This document shows, piece by piece, positions 23,055 through 36,893 of a stretch of DNA of 64,000 bases (the stretch's first letter is position 1; each line of letters starts with the position of its first letter). The notes beneath the pieces are model-generated. The model was not told where the DNA came from. It did no database searches and saw nothing but the letters and a program-made list of their open reading frames with translations. The stretch is from Paraphysomonas bandaiensis (taxonomy: Eukaryota > Protista > Chrysophyceae): positions 372,001-436,000 of the forward strand of contig CBFFRP010000298.1 of the NCBI GenBank assembly GCA_965644295.1, written 5' to 3'. The position numbers were made by a program, and so were the translations under genes.

Positions 23055-23208
23055 TCGTATCGGCATCCTTTATATATTTTTGTTCAAATATGCCTATAAT
23101 ATTGAGACAATAATTATCTGTATTTCAGCCGTAGTTGTATATTAGTAATATAGAAGATATTTGCTTCAATTTATTCCCGAAAAAATAAGATGCTGACTGC
23201 CGATACGA
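23055..23208 (+). mobile_element. MITE family copy 1 (TIR TCGTATCGGCA/TGCCGATACGA)
   Basis: Perfect 11-bp inverted ends. The core (ATTGAGACAATAATTATCTGTATT...ATGCTGACTGCCGATACG) recurs at ~41200 and, inverted, at ~51465. Confidence 0.7.
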
Positions 23209-23702
23209 TCTAATATAAATCTTGGCCGTTTTTCTGTGTTTTTTCACGCTATGTCGGTCGTCCCAACAAACTACGGTATACGGTATACGGTATACCATAG
23301 TATACCATAGTATACCGTATAAGAAACATTCCATATCCAAAAAACACATGGCGGATATTATGTGTATACATGAGGATACGGGGGGGTGTATGTCCACTTA
23401 TAGACATGTATATACATACATGCAGACTGGTGTTGTACATATGTATGTATGGGTGTGTCTGATGCCATTCAGTAGTATGAACCTTACATTCATTTTCTAT
23501 TTTGAAAGAAACTGTTTCTATTACCAGGGACGGAGTGTTGAGTACTATACACTGTTCTTGACTCGAAGAATATCTTTCCTCTCTAGGTGTTCTATTTTAA
23601 TAGAGAAGATATTGAACTGTAGAGTCTTATTATACACTGCTATCGGATAGAATGACTGTGTTACACTCTTGACTACTATCATAAACACACCAGTTATATA
23701 TC

Positions 23703-24802
23703 ATGCCGACGATCTATAGTAGTGATCTAACTAACAAGACACAGATGCCTCTCCCGGTGTGGTTTAACTTCGCATCTGCTGGAATTGGAGGGGTATTGGG
23801 ATGGTGTATTATCCACCCCTTTAGCACAGGTCAAATATATGATGTAGTGGTGATTCTTTGTTTTATGCTATATGTGTAGCCGCTATTCAAATGAATCTAG
23901 CGTCTGCTAGAGCGAATTCTTCTGCCTCAACGGAGTCGTTCCTTTCCTTTATGAGAAGAATTGGGAAACAAGACGGATACATGAGTCTGTATAGCGGTCT
24001 CCAAGCTGGAGTGACGAAGCAAGTTTTCTATGCGACATCCCGTTTAGGACTCTATGAGGTTATCAGAGACGGAATATCTAAGCACAGGGACACTGATATA
24101 TTTACAAGACTTATCTCCGGTGTAATATCAGGTGGCATGGCAGCGGTTATAAGGTTGTCTCCTGCTGTAAAACAAACGTACGACAAAATGACGTGATGTT
24201 GTAGCTGTCCGGCTGAGGTAACATTGGTACGCATGTCGAACGATGCAACCGTTCCTTTGGAGCATCGTAGAAATTACACAAGCATATTTAATGCTTTCAA
24301 GCGCATCCTGAACGAAGAAGGGGCGACAGCGTTTTTCAGAGGTTGTGGGCCCTTTGTGAACCGTTGTATGGTTGTTGGGGCTGTTCAAATAGGTATACAT
24401 TTTTGAATTTGTGTACTCTACGTTATCACTTAAACATGGACAGGAACCTATGATCAGTTTAAGGCGACTTACCGCTCTTTGGGCGTACAAGGAGACCTGA
24501 CCAACCCGTTGTGCGCATCGATGTCTTCTGGGTTATTATACTCGTTAGTTACAATGCCGTTAGAAACTGCAAAGAACCGAATGGCTTTTCAGCGTACTGA
24601 CCCCTCTTCTGGCCGTATGCTTTACACTAGCACCCTACAAACTGTTTCGAAAGTCGCCGTTACCGAAGGCACACTGCGGCTTTGGCAAGGATTTATTCCT
24701 TACTACTTGCGTTGTGGAGGACACACTGTGTGCATGTTTGTTCTGGTTGAGTATATACGAAAGGTGTATTCTAATTACAGAGTTGAAGCTAGAAAATTGT
24801 AA
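23703..24802 (+). CDS. Mitochondrial 2-oxoglutarate/malate (dicarboxylate) carrier, SLC25A11-like, multi-exon
   Basis: LYSGLQAGVTKQVFYATSRLGLYE, CPAEVTLVRMSND..RRNY, TMPLETAKNRM, LWQGFIPYYLRCGGHTV. Confidence 0.9.
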
Positions 24803-25429
24803 TTGCTAGTGAAAGCACTAGTTATCACATATTATTATATTTACTTGGCGTTTTGGACTGAGACATGTTTGCGACCCCATATATTTATTTTTGAGAAAAA
24901 TTTTGAAACTGTTTAACATCTTTAAAGTTTTTATATTGTTTTATATATTTGACGTTTCTTACCATCATTATTGTGTATACTATGTGGCCAATTTGTTAAA
25001 ATTAGAGTGATAAGTGGATTTTGTTCACGTCCGTTTAGGAATTTTGTACACGGACCGAAGCATATTCATTCGACATGCAATACATCCACTTCACATACTT
25101 CAACAGTGCGAGTGTTGATAAATGAATAATTACAACCCCTTGTAATTAGCCTGTTTTAACTCAAATTGTCGAAGGGATTTGTGAGAATATATGACACATG
25201 ACATTATTGAAACATCATATATCTGTACGCACTGACTGTTTTAAGATGTATTCCTTAGCAGTAAAGTACTTAGACATCAGTTGGAATAGATATAACTTCA
25301 ATGTTAAGCTTGCTGCAAGCATGATAATGCTACCATTGCAATGTTGCATCTCTGTGTTATGATGCTGTTGATCCTTTGACTGAGATTTACTGTAGTATTG
25401 GTTAATACAGTCGATTTGTACATGAGAAT

Positions 25430-25655
25430 ACGTGTACAGTGCATATATGGTGATGTCTTCTGTATGAGAAGATGTGTACAGCGGGTTATGTATGGCGTAT
25501 GTGTACATGTATGTTATGTATGAGAGTATGTGTACATGTATGTTATGTATGAGAGTATGTGTACATGCATGTTATGTATGAGAGTATGTGTACAGCGGGT
25601 TATGTATGGGAGTATGTGTACATGCATGTTATGTATGAGAGTATGTGTACAGCAA
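25430..25655. repeat. Minisatellite, ~28-30 bp unit (TATGTATGAGAGTATGTGTACA...)
   Basis: About 6-7 imperfect tandem copies just upstream of the Clu-domain gene. Confidence 0.8.
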
Positions 25656-25706
25656 AGTAACGTAATATACTTAACAAACATGTACTTTCCAACCAAATAA
25701 CCCACC

Positions 25707-28700
25707 ATGCAACCCTCAGGGAGTGTACTCGAGACCCTCTTACATCTCCCTGACCCTCACCCCCCCTCCCATGCTCTCGATCCGTATCACTGGACTATTA
25801 AACTCCAAAACATCTTATCTATGCCTGATATCACTGCTAACGATCGTATGCTTAAATATACACGTTTAAATAGCTTAAATAAAGATTTTATTGCTGATGT
25901 TACTGTATATGCGAAGACGATCATATCTGAATATTTCATAGAAGAGGGGAAGAGCATTGGGGTGAGGGAGATTGGCGGGTGTGCGGGGGGTAAGAAGTTT
26001 CTATGGAGAGGTGTGTTGTTTAAGCTAGCTTATGGGAATATGGGACCGTATACGGGTATGTGGAATGAGGTGAGATGAGGGTGAGATGGGGAAGTGATGG
26101 GTACTTGAATAGGTAATGAGGAGGCGGCCGCGAAGGCAATGGGACATGACTTGAAAGGAGGGAACTCTTACTTTAGATGTGGTGTTCCTGGCCTTAATGT
26201 GGCTTTACAGGCTCTTATTGACTACAAAGGTAGTGTTATACTGCGTAATGTTTTGAATATATTCCTGTCGGTACCTATACAGCTGATGCTTTGATGTAAC
26301 CATGGGTATATACACGAATGCAGGATTTCGAATGCATGCCCAGGCCCTCCTTCCGATTGACAAGAATACCATTAAAGTAGGGACAGATGATGGTGGTCAT
26401 GTGATTCATGCTGATTGCGAAGAGCTGCTTGATAAAATGAAGCAGGTCAGATATGGCCTCTTGCTACCGTACATTTATATATTGGTATCATATAAAATAT
26501 TGATCGTTGCACATATTGCTATGCAGTATAACATTTAATTTATGGTGATAGGCTGCGAAAGAATTGAATCTCCGATCCCATGTCATACAAGGGAAGACAT
26601 TACATTCCGCCTGCGATGTGGAAGGTCATGTTGGTTTCGATGGTCGGTACTACATAGTTGATCTTTGTCGTACGTTTCCACCAGAATCACCGTCAGTTGC
26701 CGCACATCTTAATAGCTGTGTCTGTTACATGCCTGGTGATGTTGTAACTGTACCAGCTGATCACGATGGGGAAGGAGATAATGAGATTTCCACTACGTCA
26801 TATGGTCACATATACTCTCGCAACTGTGATGGCACATTCAACATACGACTTGTTGGCAATACACCTGCTTCCGACAGTCGACAAAACGTGTATACCCATA
26901 CGGTGAGAATGCGGCCTGAAGAGCTAATTGGAAGCTCTGCTGGGCTGTCTATATACTGGCGATTGCTACGACCAGAATATGTGAAGCACAGAGGAAAAGG
27001 CGTTTTGGACTCAGTCTTGCGTTTACAGAAGGAGATAAAGTGGTCAAGTACACAAACCTCTGGAGTGTCCAGCCACAGTAAGGATAATCCTGATCAATGT
27101 CACTCCACTGATTTTATCACATCTCCCCCCAATATATCAGCCCCAGATTCGTCACCACACTGTGGGCGTGAAGTCTCAGAAAAGTCGTATAGTATGTGTA
27201 CGATACTGCAGACCCCTCCTAATGCACTGACAATGACGCGCAGTTTTTCGGTTCCAAACAGTAGTGGGGACAGTATGTCCAATACTCATTCGCGCTCGTA
27301 TGTCAGTGCCGTATTGTCTAGAAATGTGAGTGCTCCGAAGGAAGTCTCAACATCTGAGGGAGCATGGCAGTATACGAATGAGTACATGGATGAGGAATAC
27401 CTTCCACCTCCACCTTCTTTGACGAAACGGGATAGTAGTTCTGGGGGGCCCACATATGACCTCATGCCACTGCCTGATGCTCCTGCTTTCCCAAAACTGA
27501 ATAAATTTCAAATGAGTATAAATGCCGAAAACAATGAGAACATTAGTATGGATGATATCGGTGCTGTTCCTCAAAAGCAGCCCAGTCTACGCATATCGGA
27601 ATCAAAGTACGACTCCAATTGGGGGCAACCATACGATGAGATCGCGACAACACCATCATCTGTATTGCAGAAGTTTGCTGATCTGTATGATACACCTTAC
27701 CAGTCTGGTGCTGCTTTCCCTGTACCGGCGTTGTCTCCTGATGCGCTCTCCTCGTTCTCCAAGACGGACCCGGAGTGTGTGGAAAATAACAATCAAGTGC
27801 ATGCTGCGACGGCTCTACTGGTTAAAGTTGTGGTTCCGGGACTGGTGTGTATATACTTTTGTTTTCTGTTTATATGTACTACATGTGTACACTACTAAAG
27901 TACATTCAATCAATGTTTATTTGTGAATCTAGCATTAATAATTACATATGCATAACAGGCTGTGGACCTGGTAGGACGTGGACACCCTATGGAGAGGGAG
28001 GGACTCAGTATTACAGAGTATATGCATAAGCATGGGATCAATATTCGCCACACGGGATTGCTGCGATATCATGTCCTTCATGTAGAATTACCTTGCCCGC
28101 AAAGTGAGGAACGAAAGCAGTTACTAGGAGCAGAGCTACTACAGGAATGCATCTATCGCACTGCGAAAAATGTGCTGCGACGCATACAGCGTATGTGGAT
28201 GGTTTCTCATCGTTCTTCTTCGGAAGACGGAATGATGACCCTACTTGTGCGGTATATGAATCTTATTTCAGGGTATCATGACAAAGCAGCAGAGTTTTGG
28301 AACACAATGCTTATACCAGGAATCATTTCTAGGTATCTGAGTTTAGTGAACATTAATGGAATGATTGCTGCTCACTGCATCTTGTAGATTTGGTCAGTGT
28401 GCGCTCACTCAGTGGGAGTCTGGCACTCAAGAACGAACAGCTGATATGCCCTACTTATATAATTCTTGTTGCTCCGACAGTGATTTACGGATACTGGTCG
28501 AAAGAGTTGCCAGTAGTACGGGTACGATGTTGTGTTCATTATTATTGGAAGATATATCGATCATTCTAAACTGGATTCGTGGTATAACGGTGTGTGCAGG
28601 AATCGTTTTGTCTAGCGAATGCAAATCCCAGTTAGAAATGGGTCCTGTGAAACTATTTGAATTCACCGTGTCGGATATCGTTGAGCTGAAACCAGTTGTT

Positions 28701-31370
28701 AAACATATGCACCAGGTATCACAGTTCTGGTGTCTTACGATTCAATAAACATGAATCTCTGTAATCTGTGTGTAGGTTGACCTTGGCGAAGGGATAATGT
28801 TGTCACTGAGAGGTCAGGAGAAGGAAACCCAAAATGCTAGTGCAGGTGCATACGCCATGTTTCAAATATGTCGTTGTGTTTCTTGTGTTGACTGTGGACG
28901 TAATGGTCGTGAAATTTCTACCTGCATTTTTAATGCGCGACTGATTTTCAGGGGTGATCACCAGACTAATGGGAATGGCCATCACAAAATTGCATTCTGC
29001 ATTGAAGGCTGTCCCAGATGATCAGGCTACGAAACGGGCATTGGCTGATGCCTACCAGTGCCTGGCATTTGCGGGTTGGCAATCTAATGCATGCAGTGAT
29101 ACCAGAGAGTTTCAGATTTATCGCAGTCTTTTATGTGATGATTCACATACAATGTGCTCCAAGCTAGGCCTTTCTTATAGAGGTACGAGATAGTGTAGTC
29201 TATTGCCTCCCGTTTCCTACGTCTACTGTATTGTTCTATGTACAATGCCTGCTACTAACTTTACGGTGAACTATAGATGCGGTTATCGGCATATGTATTG
29301 TAATCACACACTTTTCCGACAATAACAAGAAAAAGAAGGAAAGACATCACGTCCGGATACGTTCGGCTGAGGTACATTGCTTTCGTTGAGACCGTTTGTG
29401 ATATGCATTTATTTTTCACAATATGTACATTGTTCTTGGCGTTCCCCATATGACTTATTGATGAGCAGGTATGCCTGAATTGTGTATCGTTAAACTTCTA
29501 TAGACAATACCTAGAGTATAAAAAAGGCATTTCGACTGTGCGATCTACTGTGGATATGGAAATTGGACATCAAAGTGTGAAAGGTATCCGGCGATTTTTT
29601 CCTTTAATAGTAAATGAGAGCCATGCGGAGGCTGGGTTTCATATCCTTTGTGCGGAACTTGTCAGGGCAGACACTCTACCTGATAGTGTTTATCAACCTT
29701 CTGTACCACTATCTCATACTGGTATATCTGAAGGTCACCCTCAGGGGTTGACTATATATAAACCTAACCCGGTGGTTGGTTTATCTGTCCCAGAGTTTGA
29801 TGGCAGGACGGCTCTCCGGGTTGTGTCTGCCGTAATGAATTCCATGGTAGTTAAATTTGAAGAAAGTGCTGACCAAGGGATGTTGTCGGATTCCGCGCTT
29901 GTGGGTGAGTGGAGTCTGTTAAGTGTGCAATATGTGTACTTTTTTAGTTGGTACAATTTTATGAGGTATTCGTTTTACACCTCTATTGCCACATGCTTTT
30001 GTTAAGTCATAGACTTAAACATTATGAGTATAGGCTTCAGTCGGTTTCACCACACGCTGCTGTATCTATCTGAGCGTGACCAGTCCATTCGACAGGAGGC
30101 GAATGATAGAGTTGAGAAATTTGTCTCCCACCGCATGTATCGTCATAAGATAGAAACCCCTGATCTTGGAAGGTGAGGTAATTGTGGTAGATTGATAACC
30201 GTGTAACCCAGTACACAGATTGCTGATATATGTGCTTATGTCGGACCGAGGTTGGGATATGGAATTTAGGCACTGCTATTTGGAAGAGATTCTCTCCCGA
30301 CAGGTTAGTATATAAGTTTAGCAGGCAGTAGTTTATTGAGTGCTTGTTGTTGGTGTTGTGTTATTGAATGTCTACAACGTGCAGCGGACGGTTACTTTTG
30401 AAGGAAATATCGATAATAAAGTTGCATACTTAGGTGAACTGGTTCGTCAAAGATCACATAAATCCCGAACTTCTTATTCTTGAAACTGCTCCCGTGTCGG
30501 TTTATCGACTGAAAACAACATTCAAGGTACACAATAAAATATGATGAGTGTATGAATAAAAAATATTGTTTCACAGGCCACATTAAGAAGTTTGCGTATC
30601 GTCATGTTTCAGGCAGGTTTTATAAATCTTTTTGTGGCTGATGTAATCTACCACAGGTCTTTTTCTTGCACAGTATTGGACGTAAACATAATTCACCGGC
30701 GGATGCAATGAGAAGCACGGACGACTTGGTGCTGAAACTATACAATGCATCATTAGGCCGCCCTACGGCAGCAATGCATAACAACTATCGTACTGAGTTC
30801 GAGAGCATATGTCGTGTTTCCACATATGCCCAGTTTTTATCTCGAATTGGATGTGTCTACAGTCCCTCGGATATGACAAAACTACTCAGAAATGCTGTGC
30901 GTGCTTGTTGCGCGAAAAATTATGGTGGCTTGAAATTAGTAGATATTTGTGGTGACAACACTGTGGAAACCATTGATAGGGTTGAAAGTATTGGAGTGAA
31001 AACCTCCTATAGAGATGCTGTTGTCAGTACCACGTCATCCCCTGGGAATACGGTACCTTCTAACAACATAGTGTATGAGGAAAATCTACCAGCAAACGCT
31101 TCTTGGGAAGATGTTGAAAAGTTAGGCACAGATGAGTTATTGAGTGCCATTAGGGCGGATCTTCGATTAAAAGTGCAAAAACGGAGAAAGGCCCTCAATG
31201 CAATGCAGAAAAAGATGGAACATGACAGAGGGCATGCGGATCGACCATTGAAGCCACCCTCGCATAGGAAGAACATAGGCAAGAAGCAGAATAATTCGCC
31301 ATCCAGCAATCGCCATAGAGGACAGGAAGAATCAATGCGTGATATGAATAGTAGCTGGAGAAAGAAGTAG
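25707..31370 (+). CDS. Clu (clustered mitochondria/CLUH-like) domain protein, multi-exon; 3' extent tentative
   Basis: YAKTIISE, GGCAGGKKF, AAAKAMGHDLKG, LIDYKGFR, DVEGHVGFDGRYYIVDLCRTFPPE, LLRPE, LSPDALSSF, MHKHGINIRHTGLLR. Further + strand exons run to the stop at 31370 and could be a separate gene. Confidence 0.75.
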
Positions 31371-31598
31371 TACATATCGATTTTTCAATTCGCGGGAGAC
31401 CTCTGTACAGAATACATGTTATATCAAAAAGTTGTAAACATATGTAATAATCAATGATGAACTATATGTGATACATCTTGAGCTCCATTCTTCTCTATGT
31501 ACTGCATATTTTCCAATAGTATTGAAAATAAAACTATTAATTAAGACGACTTGACTTCCCATAAATCAATAATATACGAGAATAATGAATGGCCTTAA

Positions 31599-32864
31599 CC
31601 ACAGTCAGTAACCACACTAACAAGTAATATATTTATGTCCAAATCAATTAAATTTATTATAGTACTCTACTAATCAGTACTATCAGAGAGTGTGATTGGT
31701 GCTTGAATGCACATACAAAATTGTTTGCTAGTGTTTGACAATAACTAAAGTAATGCAAATCTCGGGAATCGACATTCATTATATGACGATATGCGATCAC
31801 AATATTGTGAATACTGCAACCGAACATAAAAGAATTATTCTTGCCCGCCTCACACAAAAGCCCTTTGCCACCATTCCTGTGTGGCCATACCCTGTGTTTG
31901 ATTTGCTTGTTGTATCTGTCACAGGCATAAAACAGCTTGGAATAGTCGTCACACACAGAAATACATACATGATGTCGAGGCCTTGGTTGCCTGCCTCTCG
32001 TGTACGCATTACTGAATGCAGTGTGTTGCTCTCATCTTTCCTATGAGCGTGCACAATTACTTACTTCTGTGTCTTTCTTTTCACAACACATTCAATTCCC
32101 CCCTCATATCTACTCCGTGTTGCGCCAGTCGTGTCAACGCAGGAAATTGCTTCGGATTGACAATCCCTGTAAGGATACTTCTAAACTTCAAGGAGATAAC
32201 TTCAGAGTAGAGCTTGTCGAACGTAAAGTTGGAAGTGAATATTTCGGCAAATCGTATGCCAAACGACGAAATCGTAGGATAATTTCTTCTGAACTCATTT
32301 CGGTAATACTCAAGTTGTGGACGCAGTGGACGTACCTTCTTCTGGACACCAGTACACACGAATTGTTCGCCATAAATACAAATCCAAATATCACACATCC
32401 TATATAGCTTACACACAGATAATAGCACGGAGTCCACGCTGTTGTAATCGACGTACTCAGGATTTATATCTCGGGCAATTGTCATGACAAGTTCAGTTGT
32501 AACAAAATTAAGAAACATGCTCAAGGGCGTTCGCTTTGTTCGGAATCTGGCAAACGAAACAATTCATGACTCAAATCAATCCGCTTCCACATTGACTCAG
32601 TGCTAATTTGGCTTGTCGTGCAGCATTCTCTTTGCGCTCTTTTGTATTGGATTTACTCCGCTTTGGAGCTATCTTTAAGTATAAGAATGAGTCGAATATA
32701 ATGAAGTTTCCTGCACATCATATTGCCCTGTGATTGGGTCACTGTGAGTGTTGTCCACTGCTGTCACATGAATTCACATACTTTATTTGAGTCGAGTCAG
32801 AATTGACTATTACGTTTTTCTGTTCATAACAACAGTGGTTTTTGAGCTGAGATGGTGAGTGTGG
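31599..32864 (-). mobile_element. Non-autonomous, internally deleted piggyBac-like element
   Basis: TTAA on both sides (31595-31598, 32865-32868). TIRs CCACAGTCA and rc CCACACTCA. Transposase remnants RTPLSMFLNFVTTELVMTIARDIN (N-terminal) and FSNAY..VCDDYSKLFYACDRYNKQI..WPH..FMFGCSIHNIVIAY (C-terminal), with stops and frameshifts. Confidence 0.7.
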
Positions 32865-34227
32865 TTAAAACCAGAATTCTATACGTTATTAAGTTGACAG
32901 AGTATTTTATCGTAAACATGTAGACAATTCTGCTGCATAATATGGTATATATGATGCAATGTGAGTTAATAGTGAAAAAATAAATTCATCTACAAAAGAT
33001 TTAAATTCAGTTACTGTTGTAAGTTGTAGGCACCAGATTATGAATTGTATGGTGTATGTGATAAAGGACAAATTCAGATTATCATTGAAATGACAGGAAT
33101 GAATGTCAGCTATCCACTACGTGAAAGAGAATAAATAGTAGGGTTCTCGCTTTTAATACGACACACACCTCATGTTACTGGATGGCTTATGGGCTTCTCT
33201 ACACGACACACACCTCACCATACCAGAATTTCTGCTGCAGCTCTACAGACCACATCAACGATGCTGTTATTACGAATGTATCGAATTCGTGCCATGAGAA
33301 CCTCGTTTTGTTCTTTACTGGACTTAAAAAGGGAGATTCATGCACTTCTGGAAGCCAATAAGTCGATATGCACTATCACTCATAGTACAGGAAGATCTAG
33401 AGTTGATCTCTCCTCTTTCCATAATACTGAAAAGGGATCCATCATTGTATAGGAATAAGCTATACAGATACGGTGGATATACACACACTGTGTGAAGTAG
33501 ATATGGTATATATGGTATATGGATTAATTGCTATGCTTGAATGCTTGTTTTCGTGCTCTGCAGGCCATGAATATGTTGAGTGATGTGAGCAAGTGTCTTC
33601 GGCAGTCACAATGTGTAATCAGTGGATACAGGAAAGTCTAGGTTTACTACCAAAATTAAGTGAGTAGGCAAATTCAACGAATCTCTTATCTGTTTGTGCA
33701 TGTTAATAACTCGTCTGCTGACTATGCATCTGTGCGTATGCATCATGATGCATCATATACGTTAATAGCTTAACGGTTAATGGAATACCAACCGTATTCT
33801 ATGTATTATACCTTGAAGTATTTTGCCTGAAGGTATTACACCGTATTTTCTGTATAAAATAAGAATTCTTGTATGTAGTTATGACATCATTAAAATCGAA
33901 TTTCAAAAATTCTCGAAGAAATGCACAAAAAATCCATCTTCTTACGTCAATATGTGGTTCTCATGACGCCTATATCTTCATAACAAAAAAAGGACCTCTA
34001 AAATACGTCACTTTTACTTCGCGGAATGTTCAAGTGATGTGGTGGAATTATGGAGGCTTATGGAGTTTCCATAACCAAAAAACCACAACTTGACGTATGA
34101 AGTCAGAATACTAAACGTTAACTTCACATAAATTTGATTGGATCCCTTCCTCACTTTCTTTGATGATATCATACGAGCCTTAACATCCCTATCTACGCAT
34201 ATACATACATAGTGTGACTATAAGATC

Positions 34228-35232
34228 ATGACAGCAGAGATGGCTTCACCTAATGCAACATTCCCACAAAAGTTATTTATATTAATGGAAAATGAACCCA
34301 CGAGTATTGTGACATGGAATGCTAATGGAATATCGTTTCGTGTTGTTGATACAGAGAAATTCTCTGAGGAAATCATCCCTAAATACTTTCGACGTAATAT
34401 ACTCATAAACCTCCTCATCTCACATCACTAACATGCTTATTTTATAGATACTAAAATGGCATCATTTCAACGTCAACTGAATCTCTATGGATTTCGACGT
34501 GTCACGAAAGGCGATGATGCTGGTTCATATTTTCATCCAAAGTTTCAAAAAGGACGAAAGGATTTAATGATTGAAATTAAAAGATTACCTGGGAAATCTA
34601 GTAGTAATCATTCGAATCTGCGTGGTGGGAAGACTTCAATGGGTACTCATTATCATCCCTCTGAAAGTAATATAGTGGATATCTACAGTGGTATAAACCG
34701 CCCTTTGAATATGCAACAACCTACGAGAATGAAACGTGTGCCATCCGCACCTCGAGCGGGTCCTTCTTTTGCTGTATACTATCCTCAGCGCAACGGTATT
34801 CCTACAATTGAGCCCGTGGGTGCAGTAGCTGATCCACTCTATCCTCGTCCAATCTTTTCTCCCCATGGAATCACTCCCGCATATATCACAACATCTGATA
34901 TGCAGTTTTTCCCAGTAGCTTCTTCTCCAATGGGAAATTCCGCACCTTCCACGCACACTGTAGAGGTTCAACCAACTTCCTGTCCCAACCAAACTGCTGA
35001 AGTTGCTTCACCTACCTGTCCCAACCAAACTGCTGAAGTTGTTTCACCTTCCTGCCCGGCCCAAAATGTTGAAGTTGTGTCGACTTCCTTTTCTCCCCAA
35101 GTTACAGATGCAGACCCCCCATCCCGTCCTATGCCACCTGTTCGAGGGGAGAGCGAAGTTTGGGTCAAAGAGGCTCTCGAAAATCTTACAGAGATGGATA
35201 CTTTCGATCTCGACACAGTATTTGAGCCATAG
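34228..35232 (+). CDS. Heat-shock transcription factor (HSF-type DNA-binding domain)
   Basis: FPQKLFILME..IVTWNANGISFRV..IIPKYFR|HTKMASFQRQLNLYGFRR..YFHPKFQKG. Intron 34394-34447. Confidence 0.93.
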
Positions 35233-35973
35233 AGAGGAATATTGTTTTGGGAAGATTTTACAGTCATTATTTATCAGCCATATGGCTTCTGTAGTGTTTG
35301 AAGCATATGTTCTAATGTTCAGTTTCGAGATACCACATACTGTTTGATTATTTACCCCAACAATTTATGAAATGTTTAGTGTGAGAGAGTCTTCTCACAG
35401 TATTATGGTTTGAAAGCATTCCGCCTACAGCGGTCAGGTGTTTTAAGATCCGATGTGTGCTGTGTGTAGTCCATCCGCGGCAAAGGTTGGCACCTAAAGT
35501 AGCTTTTCTACAAATATAATAAATATAATTATAAAATTCTTGTTTGTTTGATTGTTCTGAGATATCGATAGTAAATCTACGTAAACAAATAATCGAATCC
35601 AGAGAACTTAAACTATCTGCTTGCATATGAGTCCTTTTGCCTTCTCGCATTGAAAACTAGTATTGTGCATACTACAATAATCGAGGATACATATTTCTTC
35701 ATTTGCATTCCACATGCAATGCGCCCTACAGTGTATAGATTTTTTGAAAAGTTTTAAGGCGCATGTAATCCTGTTTTATCAGTCGTACAACCAATCATTC
35801 TATTGTCCTTAAAAATTTCGAAAACTTACTATTTCGTAAACTACATACATCGCCTGTGTTAAAGACACCGTGGGTAACGTCCGCAGTTTCAGTGGAGTTG
35901 TATAAGTTTGTGGTAAGTATTGTAACAAAGTGATATCGCAATATTATTATTCAAATCATATATCTGCCAGCTA

Positions 35974-36893
35974 TTAAAATATATCTGTAATTCCATCATC
36001 GCTGTCACAATCATACGTCGGAACAACCATGGGTATGGCATCCTCCGTTCGCTGATTATAAACAGGCGGTTCAACAGCATCCACAGTGTATGAGGATGAA
36101 AATTTGGAGATATTACCATCAGACCGAGTCCTTTTGCAAGATTCTTTCACATCATCTTGTAGTATGACGTCTGATTTCGAATCATCTAATCTACTGCCCC
36201 TGTGCTTGAAAGGAGACGATACAGCTGCTGCCAAACCTTCTATTCTGTCCGTTCCGGATACATACAGTTTGTTAGCGAATTGAGCAGGTGATCCCATCTT
36301 CGACCGATAGCGTTGTACATCTAAAATTCGGAGTGGGAATGAACCTCCACTCGTGCCAGCGGCGACTTCTTCATCTGTCAAAGTAGCTGAAAATTCTTCC
36401 TCGTAATACATGAGGTTTCTACACATTCAAAAATTAATGAAAATAATGATGCAGAAAAGCTTCTTGAAAGATACCTTGGCTTCTTGCAAATATTCCATTC
36501 CCGATTACAGAAATAGAAGCATACTACCATACCCACTACACTAACTATCAATACAGGAAGTACCACAGAATGCAAAGGAACACGAAGATGACTTCTTGCA
36601 GAGATACTTTCATGAGAAACCGTTGTCGGAGAACTAGAGTGATGAATCGAGGGAGCTAGAGTGGGATATGCTGTGGGATATAGCGATAGATCTAACGTAC
36701 CCGAGCCATCTGATATGTGTAGAGGAGGTACAGTTAATACATGTAACTTATCATTATGCATATGAACATTTGTACTTTTAATGGAACTATAATCGAATCC
36801 ATAGTGCTTATTCGAATACACCTCTGCAGATGATATGGAGGATATAACTGACAGTAACAATACAATACACGCATATATATATGTATAGTGCAT
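35974..36893 (-). CDS. Hypothetical single-pass membrane protein (signal peptide + TM), 2 exons
   Basis: Signal-like N-terminus, PTAYPTLAPS stalk, TM VVLPVLIVSVVGMVVCFYFC. A GT-AG intron at ~36420-36475 joins the two ORFs. Confidence 0.6.

Noticed and set aside
33158-33218. 15-bp direct repeat ACGACACACACCTCA
   Set aside because: Small local duplication with no associated element.
33895-33920. Heat-shock element upstream of the HSF gene
   Set aside because: Only two properly phased nGAAn units, which is expected by chance.
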